DNA from: Lytechinus pictus
Lineage: Eukaryota
Assembly: GCF_037042905.1 (NCBI RefSeq)
Contig: NC_087252.1
Coordinates: forward strand, 15,874,001 to 15,938,000
DNA length: 64,000 bases
Direction: 5' to 3'
Position 1 is the first letter of the stretch, and each line of letters begins with the position of its first letter. The notes below the pieces were generated by a model. That model saw only the letters and a list, made by a program, of their open reading frames with translations, did no database searches and was not told where the DNA came from. The position numbers and the translations under genes are program-made. Shown here piece by piece: positions 17,782-31,353 of the stretch.

Positions 17782-19244
17782 TTATCCTGTGTGTGTTCTA
17801 ATATGACGGGTAAGATGGCTCTTCTTACCAAATCCCTTTTCACAGTAGGAGCAAATATACGGTTTTTCTCCAGTATGTGTTCTAATATGATTTGTAAGAA
17901 CAACCTTGTTAGAGAATCTCTTGTCACAATGAGAGCAATGATGAGGTTTTTCTCCAGTATGTGTTCTTATATGACGGGTAAGAACGGACTTCTCAGAAAA
18001 TCTCTTCTCACAATGAGAGCAATGATAAGGTTTTTCTCCTGTGTGTGTTCTTATATGACGGGTAAGATTGCTCCTTTGAGAAAATCCCCTCCCACAATGA
18101 GAGCAAACATAGGGTTTTTCTCCTGTATGTATTCTAATATGATTTGTAAGAATGACCTTTTCAGAAAATCTCATCTCACAATAAGAGCAATGATAAGGTT
18201 TTTCTCCTGTGTGTGTTCTTATATGACGGGTAAGATCGCCTTTTTCAGAAAATCTCTTCCCACAATGAGAGCAAATATAGGGTTTTTCCCCTGTATGTGT
18301 TCTTATATGACTTTTAAGAGACTTTTTGTTAGAAAATGTCTTGTGACATTGAGAGCAAATAAAGGGTTTTTCTCCTGTATGTCTTCTCATATGAATTGTA
18401 AAAGTGGTCTTGTTAGAAAATGTTTTGTGACATTGAGAGCAAATATATAGTTTTTCTCCTGTATGTGTTCTTATATGACGAGTAATTTCACTCTTTTGAG
18501 AAAATCCCTTCCCACAATGTGAGCAATGATAAGATTTCTCTCCTGTGTGTGTTCTTATATGACGGGTAAGTTCGCTCTTTTGAGAAAATCCCCTCCCACA
18601 ATGAGAGCAAATATATGGCTTTTCTCCTGTATGTGTTCTTATATGACGAGTAACTTCACTCTTTTGAGAAAATCCCTTCCCACAATGTGAGCAATGATAA
18701 GGTTTCTCTCCTGTGTGTGTTCTTATATGACGGGTAAGAACGACCTTGTTAGAAAATCTCTTCTCACAATGAGAGCAGTGATAAGGTTTCTCTCCTGTGT
18801 GTGTTCTTATATGACGGGTAAGTTCGCTCTTTTGAGAAAATCCCTTCTCACAATGAGAGCAAATATAGGGTTTTGATCCTCCATGTGTTCTTCTATGAAT
18901 TGCAAATATGCTCTTGTTAGAAAATCTCTTGTCACAATGAGAGCAAATACAGGGTTTTTCTTCAGTTTGGGTTCGAATATATGTGTGTGTGCTCATATGG
19001 GTTATAAGAGTATCCTTACATTCAAAATTATTATGACAATGGGGGCACTTGAAGCATCTGTCTCCAAACTCTGTCTTAGGATGACTAGCAAACTCAACTT
19101 CCCTAGAGTGTGTTTCATGATGTAGAACCAAAGAACTCTCATCGATAAATGTCTTAGTGCATTGTAAACACTGATGGGACTCATCTTCACTGCATTCTGT
19201 CATGGATGATTGTCTTATGTCCTCTCCATCCAAAAGATCTTTAT
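17782..19244 (-). CDS. ZF exon B: 16 C2H2 zinc fingers, intact frame
   Basis: ORF 17782-19233; acceptor AG at 19245-19246 matching A and C; stop is GAA>TAA in a TGEKP linker; degenerate fingers continue to ~17632. Confidence 0.9.
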
Positions 19245-21145
19245 CTGGAAGAAAAAAAAATCTTGTTCAGATCAGAGAAACGTTAAGAGCAAAGTAAAAA
19301 AGCTCTCATCTAAAAATAAAAAGGATTTTTTTTTTTCAATTTGTTGATGGTGTGTTATCATGTCAAAACTACGACATAATATATTGTGATTGCTCTATCC
19401 TTTGAAGGACTTTTCAATGACCGAAAATTGGCAATGTCTTACAGCAGTCTTCAAGATAACTGAAATTTGTCATCTCTGTGGAATGGCTCTGAAAGACCCC
19501 TCAAAGAATTCTGAAAGACTGATGGATATTTCTGGTCTTACTAGTGTTAGACTAGTCCAATAAAGATCTTTCAAAGGTGTTTCAGAGATCTTTTACGCAA
19601 CAAGTGATCTTTCAAAATTCTTTCCATGGACTCTCCTTGGTCTTTCAATGATCTCTCGTGAGCCTTATAGTGATTTATGGAAAAATCTTGAGATACTGTC
19701 GAAAGATCATGCAAAGACTAATAAGAACTTTAAGTTCATTGAAAGACCACTGAAAGACCATCAAAAAAATTTCCTGTAAGACCGCTGAAAGACTGTTTTG
19801 AACCGTTTCAAAAAGTTTTGGAGATCATGGAGACAACAAAGACCACTGAAAGATCCATCAGGAATCGTGAAAGACCTCAGAGATCTTTGAAAGTTCGTTG
19901 AAGGCCCTTTGAAAGATCAAACAAGTTTCATGGTCTCACAGCAGTCTTTTAGAGGTCTTGCTCTCAGTGTCTCCCAGTGAAACCTTGTATTCACCAAACA
20001 GGATATTAACCTAGATTCTCAAAATACAAAAAATTAAAAATACATCAACAGTGAAATACAGAAATCAGAATGACATGACTTTCTCAACGTTGCTCCATTC
20101 AATGACAGTAAGTCGAGTGAAACAGAGGAGTCAGGGAACAACTTGAGCAAGAGGGATGGAATCTGCTATTCTCTCATTTTGGGTTTATCAATGATTTAAT
20201 TCATAGACACAAAGAAAATTATTTGTAATAGAACGGACAATCCATCATATACTAGCGCAGCTCAGCAATTGTGAAAATGGCTGTCGAGGATACGGGGATT
20301 GCGGGACTGAAGGAATTGTATCATATATGTATGACCACAGATGCTTCTTACAAAAGTGATAAGCTGCGAGGAAAGTTATGCAGGTACCCGGTACTATTTT
20401 CAACAAAAAGGCCTATTTGTTCCAGAGTATATGAACAATTTCAACTACAGTAGATACAAGCCTTACCAAGTATGCAGCTATCAAATCCCATAACCTCAAA
20501 ACAAAGCAGGAAGAGGCTAGGAGAACATAACACATGGATGCTCTTAAGAAAACTTTTAAGGTGCTATTGCCCAGCGCAAACAGATCCGGGATTCATTGTG
20601 AGATCTTGCAGCTCCACAAGCTACAACCAAACTAAAGGCCTCATTAGGACAAGACCCTGGCATCGACCAAAGTACATTATGCTCTGACAGTGACTTGGAT
20701 ATGACCCTGACCAGATCATCAGCAGAACAACCAAGCATGATAGGAACTGAGTCAGAGAGTGATGATTCTCCAGAATATTTGACCACAAAGGTCACAAACA
20801 GTGAGAAGGCAAAGGAGAAGTTGAGGAAGATATCAAAATTGATCTTGAGAAGGACTGAAAAAATCACTGCCTAGAAGTTGTCAGAAGAATGTTTGTTGAA
20901 TCAGAAGTTGCCAAAGTGTGTGTCACTAGTAAGGGAATATCCTGAGATACATATAGGGAAAGTGATGGAAATGTATGTGTATGAAAATATTGGTGGAGCA
21001 GTTGCATGGAAAAGGAAAGGTGTGCTCTCGTTTGATGGAAATTGGGGAAAAGGGTCACATACAAAAGGATATTAAAGTATCTGCAGGATCGCTACAAGAA
21101 TAAGTTCTTGTACAATGCCTGGGACGATAGTTCTGTTGTGTGCCT

Positions 21146-22245
21146 GTCGCAACAGCAATGATATATTAACTGAGTTGCAGAGATATTATCCAGGAGAGCC
21201 CATAACAGCTGCGAGTCACAGGAGTAACGCATTTTACAGTGATCTGGTGCTAAACAGAGATGATGCTGCAGTTTTTGACTTGACAAAAACGTATACACAC
21301 AACCTGCGCCTTTGAAAGAAGAGCCTCGACTCATCATGCACACTCATGTAAAGAAATATAGGTCAGTGCTACAGACCTCCATGCATCTTGTTGTGGAAGT
21401 TAAAAATACAGCTCAAAAGGGGCTTGGTGTTGAAAAGGATCAAAGAAGAGAGGGAAGTTGGCTCAGTCAGTAAAGTGTCTGCCCGTCAAACCAAAGATCG
21501 TAGGTTCGAGTCCACCCCGGGCGGATGACTGAAGCCAGTGCGTTGTGTGTAAACATCTCTCCCCCGTTTCATAGATGAAGGCTGTTGCAGTGGATAACAC
21601 CCCGTCCCTCCCATAGGACGTTAAATGGAGGCCCCGTGTAGAGGAGAATCGCCACCTTTGCATGTTAAGAACCCACTGCACTATTCCAACAAGAGTCGCA
21701 ACAGCAATGATATATTAACTGAGTTGCAGAGATATTATCCAGGAGAGCCCATAACAGCTGCGAGTCACAGGAGTAACGCATTTTACAGTGATCTGGTGCT
21801 AAACAGAGATGATGCTGCAGTTTTTCGACTTGACAAAAACGTATACACACAACCTGCGCCTTTGAAAGAAGAGCCTCGACTCATCATGCACACTCATGTA
21901 AAGAAATATAGGTCAGTGCTACAGACCTCCATGCATCTTGTTGTGGAAGTTAAAAATACAGCTCAAAAGGGGCTTGGTGTTGAAAAGGATCCAAGAAGAG
22001 AGGGAAGTTGGCTCAGTCAGTAAAGTGTCTGCCCGTCAAACCAAAGATCGTAGGTTCGAGTCCACCCCGGGCAGATGACTGAAGCCAGTGCGTTGTGTGT
22101 AAACGTCTCTCCCCTGTTTCATAGATGAAGGCTGTTGCAGTGGATAACACCCCGTCCCTCCCATAGGACGTTAAATGGAGGCCCCGTGTAGAGGAGAATC
22201 GCCACCTTTGCATGTTAAAAACCCACTGCACTATTCCAACAAGAG
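21146..22245. repeat. Recent ~549-bp direct tandem duplication
   Basis: gtcgcaacagcaatg at 21146 and 21695; the two copies are nearly identical. Confidence 0.9.
21451..21695 (+). mobile_element. tRNA-derived SINE, 3'-truncated duplicate
   Basis: A-box-like tggctcagtcag and B box ggttcgagtcc. Confidence 0.75.
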
Positions 22246-22390
22246 TAGGGGGAAACCCCGGTGTAGTGGTCCACCTGCGGGTCAGTTCTGTGTGCGCGCC
22301 CTTCTTGGCGACCCAGATTGGCTGGCTCCTAAAGTGCGCCTTTAAATGTCTTTGACAGATATATGGCACTATACAAATGATGTGCATCAT
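22001..22390 (+). mobile_element. tRNA-derived SINE, full length
   Basis: A/B boxes at the 5' end; tail ggcactatacaaat...(cat)n; likely TSD atcaaaga (21439-21446 copy and ~22389-22396). Confidence 0.8.
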
Positions 22391-23099
22391 CAAAGAGCAA
22401 GCACAAGCTGAAACAAGAGCTCTATTTGTATGACCACTTTCAAAAGGTGTGGGACTTACATGAGAGACATGTTGCACAAGAAACTTCATTATGTGTTCCA
22501 GCTCCTACCCTGTTTTGACGATGTATATCTCCATCCAGTTTGCAGAAGAGAAAGAGAAGATATTTGCTGGTTTGATGACGGGCCCCAATTGCCGTTTGCA
22601 TCAGTACCAGTAGCTGACATCTGTAGACCGTTTTGTGGAGACTGCAGCAAATGTATCGAACAATTTGTGCGATAAATCAGCTGCTAATTTTTTTTTTGAC
22701 CGTGCTGATTTTAGTGTCAAGCCTCGTAAAACTTTTGTGACTAAATTTGTGACACCAAGTACACAGTTTACAATTCATGCAACAGTATGACAGATCCATA
22801 TTTGCAGAAAAACAAGATTCATGTACAAAACATGCTAAAACAAAATGTGTGCTCACCAAAAATTCATAAACGAGTGGTTATTTTTACTTCCATTCACAGC
22901 AGTCATGTATAATTTGATGCTATTTATGCCCAAAATAACATCACAGACAAATTTTGACAAATAATTAAAAACAAAGAAAAAAAGAGATAAAAATTAAAAG
23001 AAACCATACACAAGAAATTCATTTTGGTACCAAATTTGGTGAGGTTCTATTTGGCAATATGCAATTTTTCCAGTACAAAATTCATAACTATGTGTTCCT

Positions 23100-23997
23100 T
23101 ATTGGTCAGTAAGATGTCATTTGGGAAAATCCTTCCTTACAATGAGAAAAAAATTTATAGGGTTTTCTCCTGTGTGTTCTTACATGTATATGAGTGGTAA
23201 GATAAATCTTTTGAGCAATTCCCTTCTCACAATGAGAGCAAATATAGGGGTTTTCTCCAGTATGTGTTCTAATATGATTTGTAAGAACGGCCTTGTGAGA
23301 ATATCTATTGATACAAGAGCAATCATAATAAGGTATTTCTCCAGTGTGTGTTCTCATGTGACAGGTAAGAACGACCTGGGGAGCGTTTCATCAACATTTT
23401 TGTCCGACAAGCTGTCGGATCTGACAACTTTTCCTTGATTTTGATTGGCTGAGAATCACTGTTACTATGGTAACTGTCGGATAAAACAAGACTTGTCAGA
23501 CAAAACGCCCGACAAATCCTTTCATGAAACGCTCCCCTGGTCAGATAATATCTTCTCCCAATGAGAGTTATGATAGGGTTTTTCTCCTGTGAGTGTTCCT
23601 ACATGATGGGTAAGATGACTCTTTACCAAATCCCAAGAACAAAGTAGGAGAAAATATAGGGTTATTCTCCTGTATGTGTTCTTGTATGACAGGAGAGAAC
23701 GGACTTCTCAAAAAATCTCTTCTCACAATGAGTGCAACGATTAGCTCTTTCTCTTGTGTGTGTTCTTATATGATGGATAAGATCACCATTTTTAAGCATA
23801 TCTCTTCTCACAATGAGAGCAAATACAGGGTTTTCTCCTATGTGTGTTCTAACATTTGTAAGAATGGACTTTTCAGTAAATCTCTTCTCACAATGAGAGC
23901 AATGATAAGGTATTTCTCCCGTGTGTTGTCCTATATGACGGGTAGGAACAGACTTCTAAGAAAATCTCTTCTCACAATGAGAGCAATGATAAGGTTT
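23100..23997 (-). pseudogene. Degenerate C2H2 fingers downstream of the exon C stop (probable 3' UTR)
   Basis: Finger-like 84-bp units with stops and indels; ORF 23106-23357 has a recognisable finger; similar to 61680-61920. Confidence 0.75.
23379..23536. mobile_element. 158-bp MITE with 3-bp CTG TSD (PIF/Harbinger-like)
   Basis: gggagcgtttcat ... atgaaacgctccc TIRs; ctg on both sides. Confidence 0.75.
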
Positions 23998-25175
23998 TTA
24001 TCCTGTGTGTGTTCTACTATGACGATTAAGTTCACTCTTTTGAGAAAATCCCTTCCCACAATGAGAGCAAATATAGGGTTTTTCTCCAGTGTGTGTTCTG
24101 ATATGAGTTGTAAGATTGACTTTGGTAGAAAATCTCTTCTCACAATGAGAGCAACGATAAGGTTTTTCTCCAGAGTGTGTTCTCATATGACGGGTAAGAT
24201 CGCCCTTTTGAGAAAATCCTCTTTCACAAAGAGAGCAAATATGGGGTTTTTCTCCAGTATGTGTTCTAATATGATTTGTAAGAATGGTCTTGTCAGAAAA
24301 TCTCTTCTCACAATGAGAGCAATGATAAGGTTTTTCTCCTGTGTGTGTTCTCATATGACGGGTAAGATCGCTCTTTTGAGGAAATCCCTTCTCACAATGA
24401 GAGCAAATATTTGATCGTGTATGCGTTCTAATATGATTTGCAAGAACGATCTTGTTAGAAAATCTCTTCTCACAATGAGAGCAATGGTAAGGTTTTTCTC
24501 CTGTGTGTGTTTTTATATGACGGGTAAGATGACTCTTTCTAGCAAATCCCTTCTCACAATGAGAGCAAATATAGGGTTTTTCTCCTGTATGTGTTCTAAT
24601 ATGATTTGTAAGAATGGCCTTAATAGAAAATCTCTTCTCACAATGAGAGCAACGATAAGGTTTTTCTCCTGTGTGTGTTCTAATATGACGGGTAAGATCG
24701 CTCTTTTGAGAAAATCCTCTTTCACAAAGAGAGCAAATATGGGGTTTTCCTCCAGTACGTGTTCTAACATGATTTGTAAGAACAATCTTGGTGGAAAATC
24801 TCTTGTCACAATGAGAGCACATACAGGGTTTTTCTTCAGTTTGGGTTCTAATATCAGTAAAAATGTTCTTTTGCAAAAATCCTTTCTTACAAGAGCAATA
24901 AGTCTCTTCTCCAGTGTGTGTGTTCATATGGGTCATAAGAGTATCCTTACATTCAAAATTCTTATGACAATGGGGGCACTTGAAGCATCTGTCTCCAAAC
25001 TCTGTCTTAGGATGACTAGCAAACTCAACTTTCCTAGAGTGCGTTTCATGATGTAGAACTAAAGAACTCTCATCTGTAAATGTCTTATTGCATTGTAAAC
25101 ACTGATGGGACTCATCTTCACTGCATTCTGTCATTGATGATTGTTTCTTGTCCTCTCCATCCAAAAGATCTTTAT
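23998..25175 (-). CDS. ZF exon C: ~12-13 C2H2 zinc fingers, intact frame; proximal terminal exon of the ZNF gene
   Basis: ORF 23998-25164; acceptor AG at 25176-25177, phase 1 (G+AT=Asp, then KDLLDGED); stop TAA in a TGEKP linker. Confidence 0.92.
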
Positions 25176-25467
25176 CTGGAAGAGAAAAAAAATTATCTTG
25201 TTCAGATCATAGAAACGTTAAGAGCAAAGTAACAAAGCTCTCATCTAAAAATAAGTTTTTTTTTAATTTGTTGATGGTGTTTTATCAGGTCAACACTAAG
25301 ACATAATATATTGTAATTGCTCTATCCTTTGAAGGACCCAAAATTTGTAAGGTCTTACAGCAGTCTTCAAGATAACTGAAATTTGTCTTCTCTGAGGAAT
25401 GGCTCAAAAAGACCCCTCAAAGAATTTCTGAAAGACTGATGGATATTTCTTGTCTTACTGGTCTAAT

Positions 25468-26112
25468 GGGGTGTTACAAGAAACTTGCGATTGAACGCAA
25501 ATCAAACGCAACTCCCAAAATTGAGCGTAAGTCCTCCGATTAAACGCAAATCTGCAATTGAACGCAAGTTACGTTCAATCCTCAGAGATGCCGACCTAAA
25601 GGGATGGTTGTCAGGAATATTTACCATATTTGTCAGGAACAAATGGGAGTTTCTCAGGAACATCCCGCGAAGTAGCATCGTTTATACGCTCAACCACCCA
25701 ATCGCCATTGACATTGTGCATGCATGAACCGCGGCTTGCACTCCGCACTTCGCTGTGTATTCAGCAGCAGCGCGCGGAGGCGCTTGCAATAGAAATCTCA
25801 GTAGAGAAACTCCCGTTGGTTTACCGTTGGCCACACACACGCTGCATGCACGATACATGTATACAAAATACACTCATATACATGCACAATACACAATACA
25901 CGCATATATACACATGCACAGCAAAGCAATACACAATACACATGTATTGTAGTTGTTTTTTCCGTAACCTTTTTATTGTTGCCGTAACACCGTAATTGGA
26001 GGAATAAAATCGGAACAAATACGGCGAATCCGTAACGGTTGGCATCTCTGAATCCTGTTGCAAATAGAAGTTGCGTTTGATCAATTGCAACGTAACTTTC
26101 TTGCAACGCCCC
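25468..26112. mobile_element. MITE with GGGG...CCCC TIRs, present only in the exon-C intron copy
   Basis: ggggtgttacaagaaa ... tttcttgcaacgcccc; paralogous sites in A (13250) and B (19545) are empty. Confidence 0.7.
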
Positions 26113-27486
26113 ATTAGACTAGTCCTATAGAGATCTTTTAACAGTCTTTCAGAGATCTTTTATGCAACAAGTGATCTTTCAGAATTCTTTCCATGGACTT
26201 TGCCTGGTCTTTCAATGATCTTTCAAATTGATCTCTCACAAGCCTTATGGTGATCTCTGCAAAAATCTTTAGAGACTGTCGAAAGATCATGCAAAGACAA
26301 ATAAGAATTTTGAAAGTTCATCGAAAGACCACTGAAAGACTGTTTTGAACCGTTTCAAAAAGATTTGGAGATCATGGAGACCACGAAGACCACTGAAAGA
26401 TCCATCAGGAATCGTGAAAGACCCAAGATCTTTGAAAGTTTGAAGGACCCTTGAAAGATCATGCAAGTTTCATGGTCTCACAGCAGTCTTTCAGAGGTCT
26501 TGCCCTCTGTTTAACTGGCAGTGTCTCCCAGCGAGACCTTTATTCACCAAAAAGGTAAAAGCGATTTTGTGTCTCCCCACTAATGAAAATAACCAGAAAT
26601 ATTGTGATTTGTGAGGGTACGCAACAGAATTGTATCAAAACTTCATTGTGAAATGGGATGGATTAACACTTGTCAGAAGAGCCTTGCATGTAAACTTTAA
26701 TGTTGATCTGAGAATGACCTTTGACCTTACCATGTGACCTCCGACTGCAGCATAATATGCAACTCCCCCAAGTCCATCTACAATCAATGTTTCGTTGAAA
26801 GTGACTTAAGGTTGCGGACTTAGGTGTCATAGGAGATTCTTGCATGTAAACTTAACATTGACCTGAAAATGACTTTTGACCTTTATTACATGTGACCTCT
26901 GACTGCAGCCTAACACGCAGGTCCCCCAAGTCCATCTACCATCCAAGTTTGGCTCAAAAGTGACTCACGATTGCGGAGTTAGATGTCATAAGAGAGCCTT
27001 GCATGTAAACTTAAAGGTCAAGTCCACCTCAGAAAAATGTTGATTTGAATCAATAGAGAAAAATCAGACAAGCACAATGGTGAAAATTTCATCAAAATTG
27101 GATGTAAAATAAGAAAGTTATGACATTTCAAAATTTCGCTTATTTTTATAAAAATAGTTAAAATAGTTATTTGGTTTCATCCAAATGAGAGTCAATGATG
27201 TCACTCACTCACTATTTCTTTTGTTTTTTATTGTTTGAATAATACATATTTCATTTTTTACGAATTTTACGATTATGAAAAATAATTATAAAATAATGGA
27301 ATTCCACGTGTTCAGGGAGGAATGAAACTTCATTTCACATGACAATGACGAGAAAATAAAGATATTTCATATCTCATATAATAAAATACAAAAGAAATAG
27401 TGAGTGAGTGATGTCATCAGTTCCCTCATTTGCATACTGACCTAGATGTGCATATAACTGTTTTGTGAAATGAAGCGAAACTTTAA

Positions 27487-28349
27487 CCCTAAATCTCCCA
27501 GGGTATTTTGATTCTTGTCATTCCCGGGAGGGGGGGGGGGGGCCATTATGGCCCCCCATAAGATCTCAGCCGCGGATTGCACGATCACGATAAACATTTG
27601 CATGATGGTAGAGAATGACGTAATCTACGCAGTTGCATTGGTAAATTTCACTGACTCCATATATTTTATTTTATATGAATTAATTATGCTAATTGATTCA
27701 TGAAATCATACTTTTTGCTCTGATTCACTAAATAAAGCTCCTAGAATGCTATTTTTTGGTGAAAATATTCTTTACAGCATTCCTAACAATTGTGAACGAA
27801 AAATTAATTCTGGCACCAAGACCGATTTCTTATATATTTTTTTTTCTTATGTATTTCTTTGTTTTTTTACTTTTTGTTTTTGTTTTTTCGATGGAAATCG
27901 TTCCAAACTTAATTCTGATCATAAACAAGGCAAAATTAATTAAGTTTAATCAGTATAAGTAGAAATAATGATACATTTATGAATTTTGGCTAAATACACA
28001 ATTTGAATTGGATTTGTACAAGTCATGAAATCACGTTTATGAGCAATTTTGGGTCTGACATGCACTTACATAATGTTGCGTAATGTCATAACCGCGTACC
28101 CGGGCGGCACAAATTTAATCTCAAAATTTACGCGAGACTCGAAAGTATAAAGTCAGTGAGCGGCAAGGTCAAAAAAATTTGCGCAGCAGATATATCATTA
28201 AAATTGTCGAGGGGGCAGAAGCGGATCTAGAGGGGGGGTTGGGGGGGTTGCAACCCCCCCCAAAAAAAATCCGGGGACCATTTTTTTTAATCTTATCTTT
28301 TTTTTTAAACTTGTAATTTTATTTTATTCTATTTCTATGTATTTATTTC

Positions 28350-28380
<31 letters not shown>

Positions 28381-28848
28381 TCTTTTTGGGGGAGGGGGGG
28401 GGGGGTTGGGCGAGTCCCTTGCCCCCCCCCCCCCCATCAGCTTTTTTGAGCCCACGTATTAGCTAGGCTAACAGTGCTTATTCCAAGGTCCCCAATTCTT
28501 TGTATCTGTGTTGTTAACTGGCCTTACATTGCAGGAAAATGCAACTTAATTTTACAAATTTTCATGGGGGTTAATTTGGCAACGACCTCTATACCAAAAA
28601 GAGTGGTGTTTTAGATGCAAGAAAACGCCATTTTCACACACAGATTTTCAAAAATTTTCCCTACTGTGGGAGGGGGGACACCCCCCTCCCACACCCTCCC
28701 CCCTCGCTCGCTCCGCTCGCTTGGATTCGGTCGCTACGCTCCCTCGCATACCACCCCAACCCCCCCCTTTATAAAAAGCTGGATCCGCCCCTGGGGGGGG
28801 GGTGGCCATTATGCCCCCCCCCCCCCCCCCCCCGCGGGAAAATTAGGG
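27487..28848. mobile_element. piggyBac-like MITE (CCC...GGG, TTAA TSD)
   Basis: ttaa|ccctaa ... ttaggg|ttaa; removing it restores the host sequence aaactttaaaatgccataac. Confidence 0.75.
28216..28793. mobile_element. hAT-like MITE (CAG...CTG, GCGGATC motif)
   Basis: cagaagcggatcta ... tggatccgcccctg inserted in a poly-G tract. Confidence 0.6.
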
Positions 28849-29283
28849 TTAAAATGCCATAACTTTCTTATTTTACATCTGATTTTGATGAAATTTTCAG
28901 TGTTATGCTTGTTGACTTTTTCTCTTTTTATTCAAATCAAGTTTTTGTTTGGGGTGGACTTGTCCTCTAACGTTGACATGAAAAGAACCTTTGACCGTAC
29001 CATGTGACCTCTGACTGCAGCATAACATGCAGGTCCCCCAAGTCCATCTACCATCCAAGTTTGGTTGAAAAGTGACTTACGGTTGTGGAGTTATGTGTCA
29101 TAAGGTTTGTGACAGACGGACGCCATTTGGATCCCTAAGTCTCGCCTTCACCTCTTGTGGGCGAGACAAAAAGAATATTAACCTAGATTCTCAAATACAT
29201 GAAACAAACATACGTTGACATACATGGCGCCCTGATATCCTTCCCCACCCCCCTCTCCCTACACACGAACCCATGATTCTTAA

Positions 29284-30598
29284 CCCTATCTAGGCGACTC
29301 ACGCAAAATTTTCGCCACACAAATTTTTTTGACCGCGCCGCTCCCTTTTTTTGTTACTTACAAATCTTGCGCAACTTTTGAAACCACTTTTGCGACCCCC
29401 AAATACGCGGGTTCCAAAATTACGCAACATTTTGGAAGTGTAGGTCAGACCAAAAATTGCTTGAAAATGTGATTTCATGTACAAAGTCAATGGAAATTAA
29501 GTTTTCAACCAAAAATCATAAACATGATTGTTTTTAGTTTTGCTGGTTTAAATGGATTTGTTTTATGCTGTTCATAATCTCAAAGTCCCTAACAAGGTTA
29601 ATAAAAAAAAACAATGAAAAATAAAAGATTAAGAAAACAAGGCAATTTTTCATGTATGGCAGTGAGTCCAAACTTCGCGCGTGTCCATACTTCGCGGACG
29701 GTCATTATCTAAAAAACTAGCCAATATCCTTAAAATCTGACATCGTCAACGTGAAAAGCGACCTAAAATTACCCTTTAGTGAAAATTTCTTTAGGATGAG
29801 TTCAGTATTCATGAATATTGGTAAAAGATCGGCAAATTTGCCACCGCTAGCGCCCGTTTTGAAGAAATCATCAAGCATCACGATATCACCATTTTGAAAG
29901 CAGAAATCATCAAAAATGTGAGTTAAATGTGGTACTAACCGATTCCATAGCATTTTACCATCAATCTGATATAAATATTTCACTTTTTGAGCCTGAGTTT
30001 TTGTTTAAATCTCCACAAAAGCTTTGGTGCGCGAAGTTAGGTCACACTTTTTCTGAACGGTTTTCCAGCACAGCCCGCATTCGCCGATCGGAATAGAATT
30101 TTGAGATCGCGATACCGGCGAAACCCCTTGACCTACTTTACATTTTCGTCCATGATTTTATAGTTTACGATCTTGCCGTCAATGTGGTAACTATTTCTTG
30201 AATTGGTTTTGTATAAATTATGAATATTTTGTGAACCAAATTTAGCCTGATGAATATTTTTGAAAAGTGCGCGAAGTTTGGACACCCCATCATACATTCG
30301 CTAAGAACAAAAGAGTTTCTATACCAAAAATCAGAACATTTAGAGCTTTATTTAGGGAGTTAGAGGAAGAAGTATGATTTTTGCATACTAATTATGCATA
30401 AATTAGCATAATCGCCTGATAGCAATTTGCATGAAATAAATTACAATACAATTTGTATATTATATTCCAGACAGCATGCATGCCAATTTTTTTACACGAT
30501 CGTGAGATCAACAACCGAGATCTCAAGGCGGGCCTGAGCCCACCCCCCCCCCCCCCCCCGACCATATGAACTCCCAAAATACCCCGGCCTAGATAGGG
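29284..30598. mobile_element. piggyBac-like MITE with a nested TIR element at ~29655-30294
   Basis: ttaa|ccctatctagg ... cctagataggg|ttaa; inner gtccaaacttcgcgc ... gcgcgaagtttggac. Confidence 0.75.
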
Positions 30599-30654
30599 TT
30601 AAGCAACCATCCATTGCCACAAAATACCATGAAGAGTTTTCTTTAAAGTCTTAA

Positions 30655-31249
30655 AGGGGAATCCAGCCTTGTTCATTAAATGTTGTGTTGGGAAGGAGAA
30701 AAATAAATTAAACATAATGGTGAAAGTTTGAAAGAAATCGGACAAGCAATAAGAAAGTTATAGCTGCTTTAAAATTGAGATCACTAATAGTATGTAGATT
30801 TCAAATTGGCAACTGGGTAAGTAAATTATGACAAGGGGCAAGGACAATTTTTCCATAGGCCATGTACTTTATTATCAGGGATTTGTGGTTTTCTCCTAAG
30901 TACCCATTCCCCTGGGGTAGCAATCTAAATATAACCCAGGTAGTATATTGTTTTATGTCCTCATGAAAGAAAAATATAATTTGTTATAAAACTTTTGGGA
31001 AAAATGACATTTTAGCCATAATATGTATTGGAGTACATAGAAGAGTAGTCCTTGCCTTACATCACTATGACATCCCATATGCGGCCAATTTGAAGTCTCC
31101 ATGGGTATAGTGATTACCAATATTTACAACTTTTAAAAATTCATAACTTTCTTGTTATTTGTCCAATATTGTTCAAACTTTCACCTATCAATTTGTCTGA
31201 TTTTTCTCTTTCTTATTAAAATAAGTTTTTGTTTGGGTTGGATTCCCCT
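30655..31249. mobile_element. Kolobok-like MITE (TTAA TSD)
   Basis: ttaa|aggggaatccagcc ... ggttggattcccct|ttaa. Confidence 0.75.
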
Positions 31250-31353
31250 TTAAACATTGCTTGAAATTGTTAAATAATAATTCATGGGGGACAATTACGT
31301 AACCATATTGATCTATATAACTTCTATAAATCAGACGAAACTGTGTATCTTAC

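Larger units (their letters stand above)
20048..22675 (+). pseudogene. Decayed unclassified transposase-like gene, copy 3 (includes a Cys-rich C-terminal part)
   Basis: Collinear with 13758-15250; LNRDDAAVFRLD motif; 22430 ORF YVFQLLPC..HPVC..WFDDGP..RPFCGDCSKC. Confidence 0.55.
27015..28966. mobile_element. Kolobok-like MITE (AGG...CCT, TTAA target)
   Basis: ttaa|aggtcaagtccacc ... ggtggacttgtcct|ctaa. Confidence 0.7.
26552..29172 (+). mobile_element. Helentron/DINE-1-like non-autonomous element hosting three nested MITEs
   Basis: Absent from the A and B paralogous introns; inserted in an A-run without TSD; subterminal tttgtgtctc / gagacaaaaa; 3' hairpin gtctcgcc...ggcgagac (~29139-29167); internal tgacctttgacc tandem units. 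Confidence 0.6.

Noticed and set aside
21451..22075. tRNA genes at 21451 and 22001
   Set aside because: A/B boxes are present but continue into a ~390-bp body with a simple-repeat tail and TSD, i.e. a SINE
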